Positions 51,040 to 63,045 are shown, numbered from the whole stretch's first letter. The stretch is 63,045 bases of DNA, filler included, from Octopus bimaculoides (GCF_001194135.2; 7 parts of 6 records of this genome joined end to end with filler, not necessarily neighbours in it); one strand, 5' to 3'. A program made the numbers and translations. Notes: a model not told the origin generated them from the letters alone.

Positions 51040-52590
51040 AGTTTTCTTAGAACAATGTCGGCAACTGTCTTCAAATATGTTTTGAGAAGGTCATATGCTG
51101 GGATCTTTGGCACTATGCAGCGGCGCCCCGTTTTGCTGTTTGAGTAAGTTTTAAAATCAAAGTTTGGTACAAAACCTTCCAGGATTTTCCAGATGCATAT
51201 CTTTCCTGCCTTTGTTCTGAGGAGAAGAGTTTTAATTCATTCAGTCTTTCCCAGTGGCTAATACATTGTATTAAGACGACTTTTTTAGTAGCTTCGTTGG
51301 AATGCTTCGAGTGAATTTTATACTGTGTGGTGACCATAGTTGGGAGCAGTAGTCCAAGCGGCTGAGGACGTATGTCCTCCACAGGACCATCAATGTCTCC
51401 TTTTTTCCTTGTTTTGAAAGTTTGGGAAAATTCTTGATTTGAAAGTTCATCTAGCTAGCTGTCTGCATTTTATTACTAAATTGGTAATATGCACATGAAA
51501 AGATGCATCATTGCTCAATTCAATACCCATGTCACGCACTAATTTTGATTCAGGGATGCAATCCTTTCCGGGTCAGTGTATCCTGGCTGCATGTCATTTA
51601 GCTTTGTGTTGGTAGCGTAGGACCTGGAATTTTCCTGCATTGAACTGCATGTTGTTGTCCTTAGCCCACCTGTATATTGCGTCCAATTCCCGTTGCAGAT
51701 GTGCAATATTTCCAGGATTTTGTATTGTCAGAGAAACTTTGTCTCACCGCATAGTTAGCAAGGGTGGCTATCTGAGCAACTGAGAGCATGTCTGAGAGGG
51801 CCACTATAAATAGCAGGGGCCCTAAGACAGTGCTCTGTGGAATACCACTCGCTATTTGTATTGCCTTGGAGGTGGCTCCGTTGGCCACCACTTCCTGTCG
51901 TCTATCTTTAGAAAGTCTTGCAGCTACACTCGAAGTTTTCCGCCTATGCCGAGATCACGCAGTGTGTGACATAGCATACTATGGCCGACTTTATCAAAGG
52001 CTTTTGCAAAGTTGAGATATATCACATCGATGTTCGAGTCATTTAGTACCTGTTTTAACATTCAGTCGTAGTGTTGCAAGAGCTGTGTTAGACAGCTTCT
52101 ACCTGGTCGAAATACATGCTGGCTGTCAGTCACAAAGTCATATTTTTCAAGGAACGTGATTAGTTCCTTGCAGATTATTCGTTCCATGACTTTCCTGTTG
52201 TGTGAGGTCAGAGAGATAGGCCTATAATTTTTAGCATCTGCTCTGCTTCCTCCCTTATGGATAGAGCATATTATCCCTCCCTTCAGTTTGTCTGGAAGTT
52301 TACGACTTGCAGGAAAGCTCTAAAGGAGAAGCTGCAATGGTTTTGCAAGGGCTCGTTTGCAAGATTTGAGAAGGACTGCTGGAAATCTATCAGAGTCAGC
52401 AGCGGAGTTTGTGTCAACCTCATCTATGGCCAGTGTTACATCCTCTTCTTCAATGTTTATGTACTCAGTTTTCGCCTCTTTGGTTACAGGAAAAGTGGCA
52501 AAGAATTCTGCTGGTTTGTTCACTTGCCTATGTCCCAGAGGTATAGTGAACACACTTTGGAATTGATCTGTTGCGGCCGATGGGGTCCAC
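51040..52590 (-). mobile_element. CR1-clade LINE ORF2 (RT) remnant
   Basis: QFQSVF, FPAVLLKSCK.AL.KPL, NYRPISLTS, FRPGRSCLTQLL, VIYL.FAKAFDKV, SGIPQ.TVLGPLLF. Confidence 0.85.
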
Positions 52591-52604
52591 AGGGTCAAAG
52601 TCGC

Positions 52605-53480
52605 TTTTGACCCTACCCGGCAATACCCTTACATTTAAGAGCCTGGGCCCGCTATCCCCCAGGCCCCGTCGGATGATATCTTCAATCCAACCCGCCTCCG
52701 TGCCTGGGGGTAACCCACATACCCAGGCTCTTATTAATTTCCTCCCGCAGTACGACGGGAGGAATAGAATTTCGTTGTCCTCCAAGGGCTGACTCGCAAA
52801 ATTGCGAGTCTCCTCCAGGGTGTCAAACAGCAACCATACAGTTGCATGCTTGACACCACGGGATATGTATTTCCCAGAGGACAAATAGTCTTTCAGTTCT
52901 TTTTCTATAGTTGGTTTTGGGAAGACGGTGATGGTATCAAGAACTTTAGAGCAAGTTCTAATCACCACCGTCCTCTCCTCCATATCTTTTAATCACTACT
53001 TGGGTGGGATAATTTCCCACTCCAAAGCAGTAGTCTTCTCTTTTAACTTTTTTCCTGCCATAACTAAATGTTCAAATAGGAAACAATTGTTCACAAAAAA
53101 GTCTCAAAAGGATGACAGTTCAGAAAAAAGAAATAGTTCAGTAAACGAAACAGAAACAGTTAAAAAAAGGGAGGAAGAGAAAAACAAAGAAAACAGTTCA
53201 AAGAAAAAGTAAAGAAAGAATTAAAAAAAAAAAAAGGTAAAACACAGCATCCTCGGAAGGAACAAAATGGGCTACGCCGTACTCCAGCCCTGGCTTGAAC
53301 TGGTACTCCGTTGCAGTCAAATAAACACACAATAGTCTGGTCCGTAATTCAGCGACCAAAGTAAGAAAAAAAATCTTTAAATGGCTTCTGCTTGCTGAAC
53401 TTGGTTATTTCATAGAAACGCCCACCAGCAGCCAGCCACACACACTATGCCTGGAACAGGCACCAATTCAATCAAATTTT
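52605..53480 (-). mobile_element. 5' region and ORF1 fragment of a different LINE (L1/Tx1-like, tentative)
   Basis: Open frame MEERTVVIRTC..WLLFDTLEE...SQPLE..EILFLPSYCGRKLIRAWVCGLPP at 52983-52615 with an upstream UTR-like region. Clade assignment uncertain. Confidence 0.45.
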
Positions 53481-53659
53481 CTCAAATTTTCGAATTTTCG
53501 ACACCGCCAAGCGCAAGCGAAATGCTCTAGAGCTGGGCAGAATATACTGTAAAAATAATAACACAATACTTCTACCCAGCTCACNNNNNNNNNNNNNNNN
53601 NNNNNNNNNNNNNNNNNNNNNNNNNNNNNNNNNNNNNNNNNNNNNNNNNNNNNNNNNNN

Positions 53660-53698
<39 letters not shown>

Positions 53699-53849
53699 CA
53701 CACACTTAATATGTATATATATATAGTCATGAAATCTTCAAGTGGGATAAGGGAAATTGTATTTTCTTCATAATATTTTGCCGAAATATGAAGTCAGGAT
53801 TTAAAATTAAGGAATAAGCAAGAGGAATAAAATATGCATATTAATTTTT

Positions 53850-55370
53850 TTCTTATTTATTACGAAGGTATAAACAATTTTGGTTTTACAGAAACCATTA
53901 TCATGGCATAACCCTAGATTTATTAAATAAACATTCTATGAAATGAGACGTTACTTATGGAAGGAAAATAAGTAGTCAGGAAGAAAATTAGAACTGTGCA
54001 ACAAGAATTTTATAGATTTTGGACTCTCTATAACAACTGAAAATGAACAGGAGTCAGTTAACTACCTAGATTTTAACCTAAAGCCCTTACTGGCAACTAT
54101 GAACCGTTCCATAAGCCTGACTCCAATCTTAAATATATGACTGTTGGAAGTAATCATTCCAATTCTGTCAAAAAATTTTTAGTTTACAATATTTCTAGAA
54201 TATCTAATTTAGCATCTAGTAAGGATATTTTTTTAACAAAAACGCAGACTATTATAACATGGCACTCTGTAAAGCTGGGTATAACCAGAAGTTAAAGTAT
54301 TATGCACAAAATGTGGACCACGGTTGCTCTAATAACATTGTAGTTATTCACCGTAGCAATAAATTTAAAAGGCCTAGACGAAATAAAAATAAACGTCCAA
54401 TAGATAACAATGATCTGCAAAATATGAAAACAATTTATTGATTCGTACGTCAGACAATAAAATAAAATGACACACCCCATATATATATNNNNNNNNNNGA
54501 AAATTTGTAAATTATAATGTAACTTCTGATAAAAGCAATATTATTTGGTTCGTTATTCCATTCGCTAAGCAAATTAAGAATAAATTGATTGGTTCTTTAT
54601 ATAAACTATTTTCTAAACATTTTACCAAAGAAAATAGATATTATGATGTAATTAACACCAGTTTTCTTCGTGTGGCTTTTTCTCTTTCTAAAGATATGTC
54701 CCAAATTATTTCTTCCCTTAACGAGAGGAAATTGTCAAATTTTTATAACAATAATTACCCGATCAAATGCAACAATAATAATACTCTAAAAAATAAGGAA
54801 TATATAAATAAATCTTCCAATATACAAGGGGAAACAACCCACGTTGAATCCCATCTTCACCCGAGGAAGAGAAATAACGCTGTAAACAACAATTATTCTG
54901 ACTGTAGTGATATAAATCAAAATAGAAATATGAATAGAAATGAAAATATATATAGTGATAGCAAAGTTAAAAATAGCTGTTTGTTTAATAATTATTGTAA
55001 ACAAACAAACAAACAAAAAAGTTGTATGTAGATGTAGAGTTTCTTTTACATTGGTTCAACAGAAAACTATATGAAAAACGTATCGCGGACCACAATTAAA
55101 CCTTTAATAATAGAAATATGTCGTCTCATACTTGCCTTAGCAAATTTGTTTGCGACATGAAGGACAAGAATAAAATGTTCATTGTGGAGTGAGACATAAT
55201 AATCTGGGCTGATGCCTATAAAACTGGAAATGCCTATTGTTTTCTTTGTGTAGAAGAATTATTCCAAATCCTAATTTCTAGGCGTAGACCTCTTAACACT
55301 AAAAAGAAGACGCGTTATCTTGTGTTCACACCTATAAATATGTTTTCAAAAACTACCATTAAATATAATG
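53850..55370 (+). mobile_element. Penelope-like element: RT thumb, linker and GIY-YIG remnant
   Basis: VNYLDFNL..YEPFHKP..SNH, ALCKAGY, NIIWF.IPFAK..KLFSKHF, FYIGSTE, TCLSKFV, CFLC.EE; many stops. Confidence 0.8.
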
Positions 55371-55440
55371 TAAAGGTTACTAGGACTATAAATTTGGTGG
55401 GTATCTCAGGATTAATATACTAACAATTGATAATTAGTAG

Positions 55441-55811
55441 TGCTGGCACTCCGTCGCTGACGACGTCGAGGGTTCCAGTTGATCCGATCAACGGAACAGC
55501 CTGCTCGTGAAATTAACGTGCAAGTGGCTGAGCACTCCACAGACACGTGTACCCTTAACGTAGTTCTCGGGGATATTCAGCGTGACACAGTGTCACAAGG
55601 CTAAACCCTTGAATTACAGGCACAACAGAAACAGGAAGTAAGAGTGAGAGAAAATTGTACAGCAGGGTTCGCCACCATCCCCTGCCGGAGCCTCGTGGTG
55701 CTTTAGGTGTTTTCGCTCAATAAACACTCACAACGCCCGGTCTGGGAATCGAAACCGCGATCCTATGACCGCGAGTCCGCTGCCCTAACCACTGGGCCAT
55801 TGTACCTCCAC
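55441..55811 (-). mobile_element. SINE family C with a 12-bp target-site duplication
   Basis: Near-identical to 41105-41554; flanked by gataattagtag at 55429-55440 and 55812-55823. Confidence 0.92.
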
Positions 55812-56332
55812 GATAATTAGTAGATATACAAACAATTGATAATTAGTACATATTTTGATTTGTTAACGTTAATGCTTTCCTCAATTAAGATCATTTGTAT
55901 CTGTTCTCATTATTATTTAAGTAAATATTATTGTGCACAAATGTTGATGGGGTAATATTCAGCTATGGCAAATTATAAGCAGTTTTAATTTGTCATCGTC
56001 TCGTAGCTTTCAATACATCAACACGCACGCACAAATACATAAAAAATATTACATCTACGCAGCTATGGTTTTAATTAAAAAATAATAATTATAATTTATT
56101 ATTTGACTATAATTACTAGAGATTGCAACTGGGTGACTTATAATAAATTTCTTAAGTGATTAAATGATTTAATGACATTTTGATCTATCATAAGTTTTAA
56201 TATAAAGAATAATGCCTTTAGTTTATAGAATAGTAATCGCATCGAAATATCGTTTAAGCTAACTAACGGCAACTTTTGTTTTTCAACACATTACATACGC
56301 ATGCGCACAAATGCATTAAACAAATTTGCATA

Positions 56333-57633
56333 CACAGGGTGCGGTGAATATATTGTCGTCTAAATTACGCAAAAATGAAAGTAACTCTGGACATCTCGTT
56401 TTAACAGATATGTCTATCAAAATTACATAAAAATATCTTGAAATACTAAAGAGTAAATTTATTCAATAAAATCGTCATTGGCTTCAGCCACGGTTTCCAG
56501 ACGACTTCGGATCTCCTGCAACTCTTCTGGATGGTACTCTTAGTTTAAGTTGATGAATGCTGCCATAATCCTTGCCTTCAGTTCATCTTTGGTCTTAGAA
56601 AGAGTTTTGTTGGTCACTCGCTCAACTGTACCCCACACATAATAATCAAGGGGGTTGCAGTCTGAGGAGTTGGATGGCCAGATGTTAGGAGGGATGTGGT
56701 AACAGAAATTGTCTGAAAGCCATGACTGGGTTCACCTGCTTGTGTGGCAGAGTGCAGAGTGCAGAGTCCTGTTGCCAGACATAGAATTTTCCAGTAGTCA
56801 TCCTCTTGATCCAGGGCAGCACTACCTCCTCCAGGCACTTGATGTAGGTCTCCGTGTTGAGTCTGAGGCCGTGTGGGAAGATGAATGGAGGCGTAACGTT
56901 GCCATCACTAGTGATCACTCCAAAAACCATGATGTTGACTGGATGTTTGATTTTATCACTCTCGGTACATGTTTTGGAGACAAGGCAAGCAAACAGTTGT
57001 TCTGTATGTTCACCATCTGATACTGGTAGAAATTTTTCTCGTTTGAGAAAAACCAAAACATGTTCAGTTGGAGGAGATGCTTAAGTTTGTTCAAAAGCTT
57101 CGTAGCGCAGTCTTTCCTTTTGCCCTTGATGGCTTGGGATAAAAATTAGTTCATTCTCATCTTGTATGAGGAGTACCGAATGTCTTCATGCACTACCTGC
57201 CTGGTAAGAAACTCAGACACTCCCATGTCTCTAGTGATGGAGGGATCGTTGTCAATCATGGCCTGGATCTCACCAACAAGTTCAGGAGATCTTTTCTTAT
57301 CAGAACGATCAGAGTGAATTTTCGCGCTATCATACCTTCGTAATCATCATTAGACTCATCCAACTCTTTACGAATGCTCTACACTATCTTCAGATTGACA
57401 CCGAAACACTCTGAAATGTTCGTATTGAAGTTTCCGACGCGAATGCCAAGCAGTACAGCATGTTGTTTCCAAATTTCTAGCAAAGAGAATTGCATCATGG
57501 TGCTGTTTTTCTCACAGACGATGCCCAACTGACCCTACTATACTGTGTAGTCGACAAAATAAAAAAAGCAAAAAATGCGCATGTGCAAAATTAAAAATAT
57601 GAAATTGCGACAGTTTACCAATGTCACCCTGTA
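56333..57633 (-). mobile_element. maT-family (DD37D) transposon, full span with both TIRs, inactivated
   Basis: Ends cagggtgcggtgaatatattgtc and gacagtttaccaatgtcaccctgta. Collinear with 42381-43565 in reverse; VMVFG.ITSDG..PPFIFPHGL.LN.E.YIKCLEE..WQQDSA. Confidence 0.88.
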
Positions 57634-57902
57634 CATGTACATAAGTAACGATTTCTTAAATACATTGGCTGCAAAAACGCACATATCTGAGTCTATCAAG
57701 GATCTACCAACACGTTGGAATGTAGCTCCTTTCTGTCAAATTCTTCCCCTGACGAAATGTCCAATTAGCTATATTCAATAGTAAACTTTAATTTAATTCA
57801 ATTTCTAAAATTGAATTAACTGGATATGGAAACAATTATAGGTGCCAAGAGTTTGTTTTTGTTTGGAATTAAATGTCTATATCTCAATTTCTCCGTTTTC
57901 TT

Positions 57903-57963
57903 ACCCAAGGTGCCACGCAGTGGGACTGAACCCGGAACCATGCGGTTGGTAAGCAAGCTACTT
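57903..57963 (-). mobile_element. SINE family A head fragment cut off at the Tc1 element
   Basis: cccaaggtgccacgcagtgggactgaacccggaacc..gcaagctactta abuts the Tc1 terminus. Confidence 0.8.
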
Positions 57964-59040
57964 AGCGGTTGGACAAAATAATGAAAACACCTAGCATCAT
58001 AGCATCATAATTTTGAAATATCTATAAAACCGTCAAAAGCATGTTTATTCTTATGTTTTTTTAATTTATTATTAGTCTTGCTTAGTATATGTTTTGCTAA
58101 AATTGCTAGTTTCTTTTCAGACATTACCAGAAAAAGGTAATTAAAATTCATTAAAATGACAGATCTATCAGACTTTCAAAGAGGTCAAATTGTTAGTGCT
58201 CGTCTGGGAGGTGCTAGCGTAATAAAAACAGCCAAAATGTTCGGTGTATCAAGAAGTACTGTCTCGAAAGTAATGATAGCCTTTGAGAAAGAGGGAAAAA
58301 CCTTCTCGTCGAAACAAAACTCCGGAAGAAAACCAAAACTTTCAGGTAGGGACCGTCGGACTCTTACGTGATTTGTTAGAAAGGATCACAAAAGTACAGC
58401 GCCCAAAATTACTGTAGAACTTAATGACCACCTCGAGAACCCAATTTCCACAAAAACTCTTCGCCGGGAGCTGTACAAAACCGGATTTCACGGGAGGGCT
58501 GCAACCAGAAAACCACCACTTTCAAAAACAAACGTTGCAAAGCGTTTCGNNNNNNNNNNNNNNNNNNNNNNNNNNNNNNNNNNNNNNNNNNNNNNNNNNN
58601 NNNNCTTCCAACTGTTTAACATGGAGGAGAATCTGTGATGATCTGGAGGGCTATATCTTGGAAATCCGCCGGCCTAATGATTTCCCTTCATGGCAGAATT
58701 AATAGTCAAGACTATTTAAGCATTTTATTTGATTCAATTCATCCTATGGTTGCGGAACTGTTTCCGGAGGGAAACGCAATTTTTCAGGATGATAATGCAC
58801 CAATTTACACAGCTAAAGTTGTTACTGAATGGCACGAGGAACATTGTAGTGAAGTTGAACATCTTATCTGGCCACAACAGTCCCCAGATCTCAATATTAT
58901 TGAACATTTATGGTGCATTTTAGAAAAACAGGTAAGGAGTCGATATCCTCTGCCATTATCACTACAAGAACTGTAGACTGTTATAGCTGAAGAATGGATA
59001 AAAATTCCTTCGGAAACAATTCAAACTTTGTACGGAACTG
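57964..59040 (+). mobile_element. Tc1-like transposon with DD36E spacing, inactivated; internal gap, 3' end missing
   Basis: MTDLSDFQRGQIV.ARL.GASV.KTA..GVSR.TVSKV..GRKPKLS.RDRR; FQDDNAP...WP.QSPDLNIIE with 36 residues counted between D and E; premature stops at 58369-58371 and 58974-58976. Confidence 0.88.
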
Positions 59041-59049
59041 TGAAATCTT

Positions 59050-59272
59050 GCGTGCGTTAATTTCAACTCTTCTTTTCAGTTCCCAAGTAAACTGACATCT
59101 GACGTCAAAAGTAAACTGACATCTGACGTCAAAAGTAGCTAGTAGCGACTTCTCTTGAAAAATTACAAAATTTTGGATCGTGATGTTATCAAGTACCTGC
59201 AGAAAAAGGATTTAGTCACCAAGGACATTCATGCTAACATGATTGATACATTAGTGGATGACGCTCATACAC
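59050..59272 (+). mobile_element. Mariner 5' fragment
   Basis: RDVIKYLQKKDL..KDIHA.M..TL.DDA, an N-terminal HTH typical of mariner transposases; includes a 24-bp tandem duplication at 59085-59132. Confidence 0.55.
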
Positions 59273-59287
59273 ACACACGCACATACT

Positions 59288-60850
59288 TCTACCAATATCA
59301 TCTATTGCATCCCTTGCTCTCTCTGCCATTCTCTGTACATCGGACAAACGGGGCGCCGCTTGATCGACCGGTTCGCGGAACACCTGCGAGACATCTGTCT
59401 TGACAATGACTCCCCGGTGTCACGCCATTTCCGCTCTACTGGTCACTCTTTGCAACACCTGTCCGTTTTCAGATTGTCCTTGCACATGGGCCATCCGGAC
59501 TCCCGTTTGCGCCGTGAACAGGGATTAATCTTCTCTCTTCGCTCCTTTGCACCACATGGGCTCAACTCTCCTCCCTTCTTCATCTAACCCCCTCCCCTTG
59601 CCTCTCTCATCTCTCTGCCTCTCTCCCCCTCTCAATTCCTCCTACTTCCTCCCACCCACNNNNNNNNNNNNNNNNNNNNNNNNNNNNNNNNNNNNNNNNN
59701 NNNNNNNNNNNNNNNNNNNNNNNNNNNNNNNNNNNNNNNNNNNNNNNNNNNNNNNNNNNNNNNNNNNNNNNNNNNNNNNNNNNNNNNNNNNNNNNNNNNN
59801 NNNNNNNNNNNNNNNNNNNNNNNNNNNNNNNNNNNNNNNNNNNNNNNNNNNNNNNNNNNNNNNNNNNNNNNNNNNNNNNNNNNNNNNNNNNNNNNNNNNN
59901 NNNNNNNNNNNNNNNNNNNNNNNNNNNNNNNNNNNNNNNNNNNNNNNNNNNNNNNNNNNNNNNNNNNNNNNNNNNNNNNNNNNNNNNNNNNNNNNNNNNN
60001 NNNNNNNNNNNNNNNNNNNNNNNNNNNNNNNNNNNNNNNNNNNNNNNNNNNNNNNNNNNNNNNNNNNNNNNNNNNNNNNNNNNNNNNNNNNNNNNNNNNN
60101 NNNNNNNNNNNNNNNNNNNNNNNNNNNNNNNNNNNNNNNNNNNNNNNNNNNNNNNNNNNNNNNNNNNNNNNNNNNNNNNNNNNNNNNNNNNNNNNNNNNN
60201 NNNNNNNNNNNNNNNNNNNNNNNNNNNNNNNNNNNNNNNNNNNNNNNNNNNNNNNNNNNNNNNNNNNNNNNNNNNNNNNNNNNNNNNNNNNNNNNNNNAC
60301 TATCAGATGTTGTTATACCCAACCTCTACCTACCCACATACCCAACCTCTACCCCCACATCCAGCCTAACTCACAACCCACCCGTACTTTTCCCACTCTC
60401 GCCTCCCCACCTCCCAACACCATAACACTCCACCACGCTACACCATACCACACAACACATCATAACACACCACCACGCACACACCAGCACTGACCAACTC
60501 CCTTCCCCACATTTTCACACCTTCACACCTACATACACACACACATACGTAAAGATCACCAGCATTCTCTCACACACACGCACCTTCGTTTTGGGGTCAC
60601 TACTACTTTGTTATCTCTCCTTCTTAACTCTCCTTCTTCTTAACTCTCCTGTGTGACCCTTCTGTCCGGCATTCGCCATGATGGATCGCTACACACATTT
60701 TTTCTCTCCTTGTTTCTTTCCGTATTCCTTTCTGTAGAAGAGCGTAGGCTCGAAACGTTAAAGACTTTCTCAATTCCCGAACGTTATACTAATACACCTA
60801 TTTGTTTTGAACACCACCTGTCTTCGTCTGTTGTTATTTTTTGTGAATTC
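59288..60850 (+). mobile_element. Penelope-like element 3' part: GIY-YIG end and pseudo-LTR region (with a gap)
   Basis: TNIIYCIPCSLCHSLYIGQTGRRL.DRFAEHLRDI....PVSRHF...H..R..EQ.LIF.L...APHGLN (59288-59587); C-rich tract; hammerhead-like motif at 60728-60763. Confidence 0.85.
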
Positions 60851-61156
60851 TCCCTGTATATATATGTATATATAAATACATATATATATATATATACATG
60901 TATATGATATCATTATGCATGCATGTAATATGTATGTATACATGTATGCATGCGTGTATGTATGCATGTACACCCCTCCACCCCCACACACATACACATA
61001 TATATAATCCTCCATGTGATAGGCTTGAAAAATAGTTGATATTTTTTCTTAACACGAAACCAATTGTAGCCTCAATACATAAACAAAGAAATTCTATCCA
61101 CCAATGTGGTGTTGAACACTCATTCTCATCGTTCGACGTTTACGTATATACATACA

Positions 61157-61194
<38 letters not shown>

Positions 61195-61790
61195 NNNNNN
61201 NNNNNNNNNNNNNNNNNNNNNNNNNNNNNNNNNNNNNNTTAATTAATTAANNNNNNNNNNNNNNNNNNNNNNNNNNNNNNNNNNNNNNNNNNNNTATATA
61301 TATATATATATATACAATATATATATATACACACACACAAACATGCATATATAACCACACACATATACATATATATACACAGGCACACACACGCATGTAT
61401 ATACACATTTTATTAAAACTGCAAAATTATCCCAGAACTGTTACACATTTTTTTTATTTACTTGTTTTTTTCAGTGATTTAAATGCGGCCCTGCTGGAGC
61501 ACGTCTTTATGTATCATATATTCAAAAGTGAGTTCATATTTATGTGTATAGCCTTATTTCTATACATACATACGTAAATATGTGTGTGTGTGTATGTATA
61601 AACACATGTACATATACTGTATATAAATATACACACATGCAAAGAGAGTGTGTTGAGGAATGTGTAGAATGCAATGAATGCGATGAAGGTTCGATTCCCG
61701 GGAGAAGCCATTTACAATAATAATGATAAGAAGAAGAACAACAGCAACAACAACAACAACAAGATTGAAGTTTAATATTTCTGGAAATAT

Positions 61791-63045
61791 TTATTTGTCA
61801 TAATGAAAGAAAGCAAAAGATTGACGTCCAGGAATAATTCCAAAAACCATCAAAGAATTTTCTGAAACATCCAAACCAAAAACTTCACAGACTTCATTAT
61901 CATCCCATCTGAAGAGTAAATATTTTGGATTATCTTTTAATCCCCAGATTATAATATCTTCACATGTTTCCTCTTCATTACCTTCAGATGTTTCCTCTTC
62001 AATATGTCGAGGTATTTCGTAAATATTGTTGTCTACATCTGTTATATAAACATATTCACCATTTATGGTTAAATGAAGTCTTGGAATATATTCCAGACCA
62101 AAATACATTCTTCCTCCTTCTATTCTTATCCTCCTCACCAAAGACTTTTCCCTGAACCATTCCACAAAAAACCAACAATCCCACCTTCCAGACTCCTTCA
62201 ACTCCCTCCTCATAACAACAACATCACCAAAAGATGTGACTCCCACACCATCCACCCCTTCGTCTCCCTCAAACCTTCCCCCTCTCCCCATCTCCCCCCT
62301 ACACACTTCATCTTTACATTTCCCATCTTTCATATCAAACACATCCACATAATAAGGGTCAAAGATGCTGGGGTCTTTGCAACAATAGTAAACCTTGTTG
62401 TTGTACCCTATTCTTTCGTATTTCTTGTCTCTCTCTTCTTGAGTCATGTCTCTAATATAATGACCACCACACACGAGTTGATTGTCGTTGTATTTATAAA
62501 TCTTGTTGTAGGATTTCTCAGTTCTGATGGTTTTTAAACGACAGAGATCCCTGTTGAAGACCCTCATTTCCTTCCCAAAGGCGACAATGAAACATTCATC
62601 TGTCCACCGACAAATGTCCAGTGGTTCTTCTTGTTGTTGTTCATGTTGAAGTATGTCCACTGTTGTTGTTGTTGTTGTTGTTGTTCTGATTAATGTGAAA
62701 CTTTCTCGAAACATCAACACACTCACATTCTCATCTAACTTAATTAGTTTACTCCTCCGGTCCCTAATGCCCCTAAAATCATAATCTATAGGTTCCTCGA
62801 ATGCAGGAATGCAAAAAGGGACCATTGCTGTTCTATATGGAAGTCTCCTCACTGATATTTCATCAATTCCTGAATTATCAATCTCCGCTATGTAATTACC
62901 ACATCTCACCTTTAATCTACCTTTACTAATTATTTCACCTGATTCACCTCTTCTTCCAACATCTCCATCTCCATCTCCTCTGTATTCCAATTTACTAATT
63001 AATTCATTACTGAATATTTCCCCAGATGTAATGGAAGGGAAACAA
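61791..63045 (-). CDS. C-terminal part of an uncharacterised protein, probably a beta-propeller (NHL/TolB-like); 5' end lies beyond the window
   Basis: The ORF-track 399-aa frame starts at a TTG, but the same frame stays open to base 63045 (adds CFPSITSGEIFSNELISK), giving at least 417 codons without a stop in AT-rich DNA. Repeated short beta-strand motifs (PLDICRW, FIVAF, YYVDVFDM, GVGVTSFGDVVV, YVYITDVDNNIYEI). AATAAA overlaps the stop (61790-61795). The fold call is an inference. Confidence 0.65.
   Translation of the reverse strand, partial: CFPSITSGEIFSNELISKLEYRGDGDGDVGRRGESGEIISKGRLKVRCGNYIAEIDNSGIDEISVRRLPYRTAMVPFCIPAFEEPIDYDFRGIRDRRSKLIKLDENVSVLMFRESFTLIRTTTTTTTTVDILQHEQQQEEPLDICRWTDECFIVAFGKEMRVFNRDLCRLKTIRTEKSYNKIYKYNDNQLVCGGHYIRDMTQEERDKKYERIGYNNKVYYCCKDPSIFDPYYVDVFDMKDGKCKDEVCRGEMGRGGRFEGDEGVDGVGVTSFGDVVVMRRELKESGRWDCWFFVEWFREKSLVRRIRIEGGRMYFGLEYIPRLHLTINGEYVYITDVDNNIYEIPRHIEEETSEGNEEETCEDIIIWGLKDNPKYLLFRWDDNEVCEVFGLDVSENSLMVFGIIPGRQSFAFFHYDK

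Noticed and set aside
61964-62537. Plus-strand ORFs opposite the 399-aa frame
   Set aside because: Antisense shadows of the purine-rich minus-strand coding sequence.

Overview
AT-rich, microsatellite-dense animal genomic DNA. The SINE, MITE and LINE repertoire looks octopod cephalopod (inference from repeat families I recognise). The window is not one continuous contig: six identical 100-bp spacers (44 N + TTAATTAATTAA + 44 N) split it into seven segments, so adjacency across spacers is unproven. Two genes are supported. The first is the last three coding exons of a spermine/polyamine oxidase (SMOX/PAOX family, + strand, 3359-4969). The second is a frame of at least 417 codons with no stop, running off the right edge (- strand, 61791-63045), with beta-propeller-like character. 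Almost everything else is transposable-element debris: three tRNA-headed SINE families, RTE, CR1 and R4-like (RLE) LINE ends, five Penelope-like remnants, a Ty3/Gypsy remnant, mariner, maT (DD37D) and Tc1 (DD36E) transposases, and several MITEs. The best candidate for an undescribed system is at 26187-26604: a tRNA-promoter-headed short element carrying a minimal hammerhead ribozyme with an intact catalytic core, of the type found in Penelope-like elements, inserted as a head-to-head inverted structure between 14-bp target-site-like repeats. All assignments were made by eye; no searches were run.
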